Position numbers and translations under genes: made by a program. The notes below the pieces were generated by a model. That model was given only the letters and a program-made list of their open reading frames with translations. It was not told the origin of the DNA and did no database searches. 64,000 nt of DNA from a virus (taxonomy: Duplodnaviria > Caudoviricetes), in IMG/VR virus record IMGVR_UViG_3300011890_000001, positions 205,066 to 269,065 of that record. One strand, 5' to 3'. Positions 58,869 to 64,000 of this stretch are shown piece after piece; within the stretch, counting starts at the first letter, position 1; each line of letters opens with the position of its first letter.

Positions 58869-59690
58869 ATGTCTGACAACAAACAGTTCAACAATCCGCC
58901 GCGCCAGATGAAGGTTCTGGGCGAAAACTCCCTGCGTCTTTCGGGTAACCCGATTCAGGGTTCGAAGCGTCCGCCGACCCTGGGCTTCTCCGTCAAGCGT
59001 GACGGTAAGCAGGGACCGTGGATGGTCTTCCTGGAAGTCCGCACCAACCTGGAAGGTGACAAGGACTACGGTCGTGTTCAGTTCGCACTGGACCTGCCGA
59101 CCGCAATGTCCCTGCTGGCTCGCATCGAAATGGCGGCCAAGGAAGAGAACTTCGAAGGCTTCCGCATGGAGCTGCTGAACCGCCGCTTCATTCGCCAGCA
59201 GAACGCCTGGTCCAAGGAACCGATGCGCGATGGCTTCATCGGTCTGTTCATGGACGCCAGCCGTCGCATCTGCATCGGCGTGAGCAGCTGGGACGAAGCC
59301 CGTCCGAAGACCGAGTTCCCGCTGGTGCCGGTCAACGACTTCCGTCGCGCCGTTCGTTTCATCAATGGTCGCGGCGAAGCAATGGACGACGGTGCAGCCA
59401 CCCGTCTGTACGCCGTGGGTTGGGCACGCGCCATGATGGCACTGCTGTCCGAACGCTTCGCCAACGAGTACGTTCCGCCGGAACCGCGTCCGGAAGGACA
59501 GCAAGGCGGTAACGGCGGTGGTGGTTACGGCGGTGGCAACCGCGGTGGTAACGGTGGCGGTTACGGTGGTAACGGTGGTGGCGGTGGCTACGGCGGTGGC
59601 AACCGCGGTGGTGGCTACGGCGGCCAGCAGCAGTCCGCCCCGAGCCCGGCCAGCGCCGGCGGTTGGAGTGACGACGAAATCCCGATGTAA
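58869..59690 (+). CDS. chmC: Nucleus-associated nucleic-acid-binding protein ChmC (gp67-like)
   Basis: 273 aa; folded N-terminal domain plus a G/N/Y/R low-complexity tail; first gene of the conserved ChmC-gp68-PicA block. Confidence 0.65.
   Translation: MSDNKQFNNPPRQMKVLGENSLRLSGNPIQGSKRPPTLGFSVKRDGKQGPWMVFLEVRTNLEGDKDYGRVQFALDLPTAMSLLARIEMAAKEENFEGFRMELLNRRFIRQQNAWSKEPMRDGFIGLFMDASRRICIGVSSWDEARPKTEFPLVPVNDFRRAVRFINGRGEAMDDGAATRLYAVGWARAMMALLSERFANEYVPPEPRPEGQQGGNGGGGYGGGNRGGNGGGYGGNGGGGGYGGGNRGGGYGGQQQSAPSPASAGGWSDDEIPM
59504..59624 (+). repeat. Imperfect tandem repeats encoding GGNGGGGYGGGNR units
   Basis: Repeated ggcggtaac/ggtggctacggc codon blocks. Confidence 0.8.
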
Positions 59691-59709
59691 TCGGGAAAGT
59701 CAATCAAAA

Positions 59710-59733
59710 GCAGGGGCCTTCGGGCCCCTGTTT
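59710..59733 (+). terminator. Terminator
   Basis: caggggcc-ttcg-ggcccctg-ttt. Confidence 0.8.
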
Positions 59734-59793
59734 CCCACCCTTTTGATTTAGGCGAAAACACGCCTAATCTTATTTAGTAAGGAGAATCACCCC

Positions 59794-59832
59794 ATGGATT
59801 ACCCTAACTGCGTCTACAATCACCACGAATAA
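59794..59832 (+). CDS. Candidate 12-aa mini-ORF (MDYPNCVYNHHE)
   Basis: TAAGGAG RBS 10 nt upstream of the ATG; stop followed by a 14-bp hairpin. Confidence 0.35.
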   Translation: MDYPNCVYNHHE

Positions 59833-59833
59833 C

Positions 59834-59868
59834 CTGTCACCACTCCCCAACGCGGGGAGTGGTGACAG
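59834..59868. terminator. Stem-loop
   Basis: ctgtcaccactccc/gggagtggtgacag. Confidence 0.7.
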
Positions 59869-59898
59869 TAGCCCTTTCAGGGATGTTGTGGCATCAGT

Positions 59899-59923
59899 AA
59901 ACATTTTTCAGAACCTTAGTATA
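59899..59923 (+). promoter_or_regulatory. Putative phage promoter
   Basis: aaacatttttcagaaccttagtata. Confidence 0.45.
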
Positions 59924-60025
59924 ACCTTGCAGTACCGTCTACCAATTTCGGTACTAACTCACTCAGCAGTGTTCGCAGCGCTGTGTAACAACAAAAGCCT
60001 CCGCCGGCCTTAGGGTTAATAAAAA

Positions 60026-61606
60026 ATGAAAATCGAAGCTGATAAGGCCGCCACCGGCCAAAGTCTTTCTGTCGTACGCATCACCCATCGTGGCGAAACG
60101 CTGACGTGGGATGTCTATAAAACCTACAAGGGCGGCAGCAACAAGAACAACAACGATGAAGGCGATGCGCTGAGCAGCGGTCTGTTCGACGAAATCAACG
60201 AATACCTGGCCACGCTCTCGAAGAGCGACCAGGACCGTCTGTGGAACGTGTATCGCCAGTCCAAGCACGTGCTGAACACAGGTGACGACACCGCTAGCAT
60301 TTCCACCCAGCTTCGCGCCCTGGTCAAGGAAATGTACGAGATCATCGATTTCGACGACCTGCGCGAATTCGTACTGAAGAACATCAAGTTCCCCTACCCC
60401 AGTTCCGTGCGCGAAACCCTTTCGGAGAACTACGCGTCCCGTCCCGCTGACACGACGTACATCGCTGAAGATTTCCGCGGCCTGGTAGTTTTGACCATCG
60501 CTTTCCGTCCCATGGTTCCGATCTGGGGCGAGTTCGTGCAGATCGCCATCAAGGACCCACCGCCGAACAACCGCGAAGCTCAGGCATTCCGCCTGCTGCG
60601 CGACAGCTCCATCATCCAGCGCCCGGAATTGAAGCGTCTTCAGCGTTACGTGGAAGCCGCCACGGAAAAGACCGCAACCAGTGATCGCTTCATCATCCCG
60701 ACCCTGCGCGGCCTGGGCAGTGCCGAAGTGGGTATCTGGTTGACCGCCACGGTTTGCGTGCGTCGCTTGCCGACTGCGCCGATCCTGCGCGCCACCGAGA
60801 AAGATCACGTCATTGCGCGTGTGCACTTCTCGTTGGACAACAAGCTGAGTTCCTTGGATCGCGACATGGGCGGCATGTTCGGTTCCAAGATGAAGGAAAA
60901 GCGCAGCACCGGCGGCAACGGGGATGAAAACTCCTCGCTGGTCGATGCGTACAAGATGAAGCCGGACATTACCGACGGCGACATCGCAATGTTGAACGAG
61001 TACGCCAAAGACCCGTACAAGCTGCTGGCCATCCGCTGCCCTGATGTGCCGGTCGCTTACTTGGATGAAGCACTGAAGATCGCACGCACCGTCCAACACG
61101 ATGAGTATGATCAGACGTACCTGACCAAGATTGTGATTCATCGCGCATTGTCACATCAGGCGGTTGACCTGCTGCTGATCGAACCACTGCGTAACTGCAT
61201 GGCCGTGGCCCAAGCATGCCTGTGGCACTGGGGCTTCCCGCAACTGGCCGCTTTGGTCACTTCAATCCCGCGTCAGATCGACAATGGCTACTTTGTCGGC
61301 GCGGCACACGAAACACGTGCTCGCCTGCTGCGCGTTCAGATGGAAGCGATGGAAAAGATCTACACCCATTCGTTTGCCACCCGAAAGTCAGCAGAGCCGA
61401 ATGTGCGACAGACCAACGTCGCCGCACGAGCAACAGACCGCCTGGCCGAAATCCTGTCGTCAACCGACTGGGAGCTGCGTGCTCCGCCGGAACTGCTTGC
61501 AAAACTGGATCGCCGGTCCAACAGTGTGACTTATAGTGTCCCGCCGGACATTCGCATTGTTATCGGCAATCTGTATCTCCACCCTGAAATTAGCGAAAGC
61601 GAGTAA
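60026..61606 (+). CDS. nvRNAP promoter-specificity subunit (phiKZ gp68-like)
   Basis: 526 aa; TY...D...L......R...PIWGEF, S..D.YK and Q..LWHWGF motifs; synteny. Confidence 0.75.
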   Translation: MKIEADKAATGQSLSVVRITHRGETLTWDVYKTYKGGSNKNNNDEGDALSSGLFDEINEYLATLSKSDQDRLWNVYRQSKHVLNTGDDTASISTQLRALVKEMYEIIDFDDLREFVLKNIKFPYPSSVRETLSENYASRPADTTYIAEDFRGLVVLTIAFRPMVPIWGEFVQIAIKDPPPNNREAQAFRLLRDSSIIQRPELKRLQRYVEAATEKTATSDRFIIPTLRGLGSAEVGIWLTATVCVRRLPTAPILRATEKDHVIARVHFSLDNKLSSLDRDMGGMFGSKMKEKRSTGGNGDENSSLVDAYKMKPDITDGDIAMLNEYAKDPYKLLAIRCPDVPVAYLDEALKIARTVQHDEYDQTYLTKIVIHRALSHQAVDLLLIEPLRNCMAVAQACLWHWGFPQLAALVTSIPRQIDNGYFVGAAHETRARLLRVQMEAMEKIYTHSFATRKSAEPNVRQTNVAARATDRLAEILSSTDWELRAPPELLAKLDRRSNSVTYSVPPDIRIVIGNLYLHPEISESE

Positions 61607-61611
61607 TCGAC

Positions 61612-63147
61612 ATGTTTGGAAATACCTTCACTGTCACGCGCATGCTCATGTGCGAAGTGGGCAGCTACAACGACGTGTTCCTGCGTCCGTTGCAGGCTGA
61701 CCTGAACTCCACCCTTCTGATGGACCGTTTGCGTGATGTGGGCGAAGGTGCTCACAGCTTCAATGCGGTTGCATTGAATTCCGTCAGCAGTGAAATGCTC
61801 CGTCTTTCCAGCACCCATCAGGGTAACGTCCGCATCGACAACGGTCTGGACACCCGCCGCCTGGTCTTCATGATGGAAGTCGTGTTCCCGGGTATGGGCG
61901 GTGCCGAACAGGTCGAGTGGTTCACGGGCTGGACTGACCAAGTCGGCGTGACCGAACGCAATGGTCGCTGTCTGTTTGACCGCAATATGCGTTTGTACTT
62001 CAACACCGCCACTTCGGGTCGTCGTTCCACCGTGGGGTTCGGTCGCCGTAGTGCGAAGGTCATCCAGACCGCACAGCTGCTGACCGGTGACTTCAATGCG
62101 GTCGATCGTTCGTTCTCGCAAAATGAACACCTGCTGCGCCCGGGCGACGTGCTCAACAACCTGTCGGCCAAGGCAGTCCAGGAGATCGTCGACTTCGCTG
62201 ACGACGGCGACGGCCATGTCTCGGCGTATGACCTGCGTAACAACTTCGCTTCCAGTCGCGTCATGCCGTCGTTCCGTGACAACGTCATCCCGGCCCATTA
62301 CCTGTCGCGCATCATGCGTGCATGGGACAAGGTCAGTTCGTCGGCCGAAGACATCAGCCCGCAGACCTCCTACTCCGACATGGCGCAGGCGGCGAGCGAG
62401 TCCTCGCTCGGCAATTCTTTCCGCACGCTGGGTTTCATCTCGCGTGCTTCTGAATTGCAGGCCGGTGGTCGCCTCACCTGGGGCGAGCTGTGCGACTGTG
62501 ACGATACCGGAACGTTGGAAGACCGCGTCATCGTGAACCTGGCACGCTCTGACCGCACCCGTGGTCTGCTTGCGGTGCGTGGTGAGGACGACAACAACGA
62601 CGGTAACGATCACCACACCTCGTTGGCAATGCAGGCGGCCCAGGTCGTTCCTGCGTTGATGATGCGTTACTTCCTGACCCACTGTGCCTTCAATGCGTCC
62701 AACTGCGAAGTCGCCGGTTCTTCCGAATGGGTAATCGGCATGGGTTCGACCGCCAGTTTCATGGAGGCGGACGGTTCCCAGACCGACCTGACCGATAACC
62801 TGCGGCGCTTCATGGCAGAGCTTTCCGATTACGTGCTCCCGGGCCTGGCCTACGGCGACACCATCGAAGTCGATCTGGACATCGATGTCGACGTGATGGG
62901 TGACTGCATCATCGAAATCCGCCTGTGGGGTGAACGCCACGGCCGCCGTTATCGACTGCCCAGCTTCTGTGACTCCACTTTCACCTCAGTCCGCAGTCGC
63001 GACGACGAACCGCTGCGCATGTTGGGTACGGCGTTTGATACCGTATTCACCAATGTGTACGCTGACCATTCGGTCCCGTCGAGCAGCTACGACCTCACTT
63101 CTTCGATCATGGATAAATACAGCAATGGAAATTCTGGAGCTCTATAA
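61612..63147 (+). CDS. picA: Nuclear import factor PicA/Imp1 (phiKZ gp69-like)
   Basis: 511 aa; E.G.Y....RP, I.NG....R..F, G.TD, D..M....N, LRP.DV, P.F.DS motifs; immediately after the gp68-like gene. Confidence 0.72.
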   Translation: MFGNTFTVTRMLMCEVGSYNDVFLRPLQADLNSTLLMDRLRDVGEGAHSFNAVALNSVSSEMLRLSSTHQGNVRIDNGLDTRRLVFMMEVVFPGMGGAEQVEWFTGWTDQVGVTERNGRCLFDRNMRLYFNTATSGRRSTVGFGRRSAKVIQTAQLLTGDFNAVDRSFSQNEHLLRPGDVLNNLSAKAVQEIVDFADDGDGHVSAYDLRNNFASSRVMPSFRDNVIPAHYLSRIMRAWDKVSSSAEDISPQTSYSDMAQAASESSLGNSFRTLGFISRASELQAGGRLTWGELCDCDDTGTLEDRVIVNLARSDRTRGLLAVRGEDDNNDGNDHHTSLAMQAAQVVPALMMRYFLTHCAFNASNCEVAGSSEWVIGMGSTASFMEADGSQTDLTDNLRRFMAELSDYVLPGLAYGDTIEVDLDIDVDVMGDCIIEIRLWGERHGRRYRLPSFCDSTFTSVRSRDDEPLRMLGTAFDTVFTNVYADHSVPSSSYDLTSSIMDKYSNGNSGAL

Positions 63148-64000
63148 GAGCATTCTGGCATCGGGCAACGCCACCGTTGGCGAGGAAGGTCACGTCAGCG
63201 TGACCATCGCTGACGATGATCCGATCCCGTTCCGCATCGACGGTGCTCGCCTGACCCTGCCGACCGAAGAACATCTGCGCGCCGGCTCCTTCAACCCCGA
63301 ATCCGGGATGATTGCATTTCATCCCATCTGCGAAAGCGTTGCGCTGGAACAATCGACTGTCTATCGCAAGTTCGAAGACCTTCTGCAATTCCGCCTCTCC
63401 GCGGTTCTGCGCGAGCTGATCCTTCAGCTCGCACTGATCGCCCAGGACAAGAAGGCTCACGCCAAGCTGTCCTCCGGCGAGCGCGGGCTGCTGATGGCCA
63501 TGCCCAACGCCGACACCGATACCTACGAAACGATCCGCAAGATCGTGTCGCGCGCATCGGCACAAGGCAACCGCAAGATCTGTTCGCTGTACGTACGTCG
63601 TGGTGGCACCTACGCCGGCGCTGATGTGTCCCGCCTGGGCCGCTTCGTACCGTCGATTGCAATGGACCTGGACGAAACCGCCCGCGAACTCTGGGGCGTC
63701 ACGATCCGCAAGCAAGATCTGCCGGCGGTCATGGAGCTGTTCGAATACATCCTTCCGGACTACAAGGATGTTGAGACCTACTCCCGACCCTCCAACTCGC
63801 AGATTGCACCGAACCTCCATGCTTTGCTGCGTACCTTCTCGGTGGTGGCCAAGCGTCTGAACCGGGTGATCGAGCTGCATCGCGATAACCTGGACGGTGC
63901 TGACGACCTGCTGATCCCGCTGGCTTGGATTGACGAGATCAATGATCTGTCGATCTACCGTGCACGGATCCCCACCTTGCCGGGCAACGATGGTCAGCCC
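63125..64000 (+). CDS. Conserved protein (gp70-like), partial at the window end
   Basis: ATG 63125 overlapping the PicA stop; MEILELYKSIL...RLTLPT...FHPICES; no in-window stop. Confidence 0.65.
   Translation, partial: MEILELYKSILASGNATVGEEGHVSVTIADDDPIPFRIDGARLTLPTEEHLRAGSFNPESGMIAFHPICESVALEQSTVYRKFEDLLQFRLSAVLRELILQLALIAQDKKAHAKLSSGERGLLMAMPNADTDTYETIRKIVSRASAQGNRKICSLYVRRGGTYAGADVSRLGRFVPSIAMDLDETARELWGVTIRKQDLPAVMELFEYILPDYKDVETYSRPSNSQIAPNLHALLRTFSVVAKRLNRVIELHRDNLDGADDLLIPLAWIDEINDLSIYRARIPTLPGNDGQP

Noticed and set aside
1-64000. tRNA, rRNA, CRISPR arrays, inteins
   Set aside because: None recognised by eye: terminase, polymerase and RNAP lengths and motifs show no obvious intein insertions. 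tRNAscan-SE and cmscan would be needed to exclude them formally.

Overview
Segment of a nucleus-forming jumbo phage (phiKZ-like, Chimalliviridae) with a GC-rich codon style. Left: the virion block, with a giant tail lytic-transglycosylase protein (truncated at the window edge), two virion-RNAP subunits and the prohead protease. This is followed by an accessory island, tail tube and sheath, baseplate/neck-type proteins and the large terminase. Middle: an AT-rich palindromic intergenic region, PhuZ tubulin, a run of small overlapping genes and the family-B-like DNA polymerase. Right: the phage-nucleus block with ChmA, the non-virion RNAP beta'-N subunit, an SbcD-like nuclease, ChmC, the gp68-like nvRNAP subunit, PicA and a partial gp70-like gene. 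The most striking feature is in the nvRNAP beta' gene. Its catalytic NADFDGD motif is cut into three exons (NAD | FDG | D...) by two tandem, closely related, ORF-less group I (IA2-like) introns separated by a 9-nt micro-exon. Other candidates are a structured ncRNA upstream of the DNA polymerase, a hairpin-bounded 12-codon mini-ORF, a possible replication origin and a recurring phage promoter motif. Homology calls come from recognised motifs plus synteny with phiKZ as I recall it, not from database searches.
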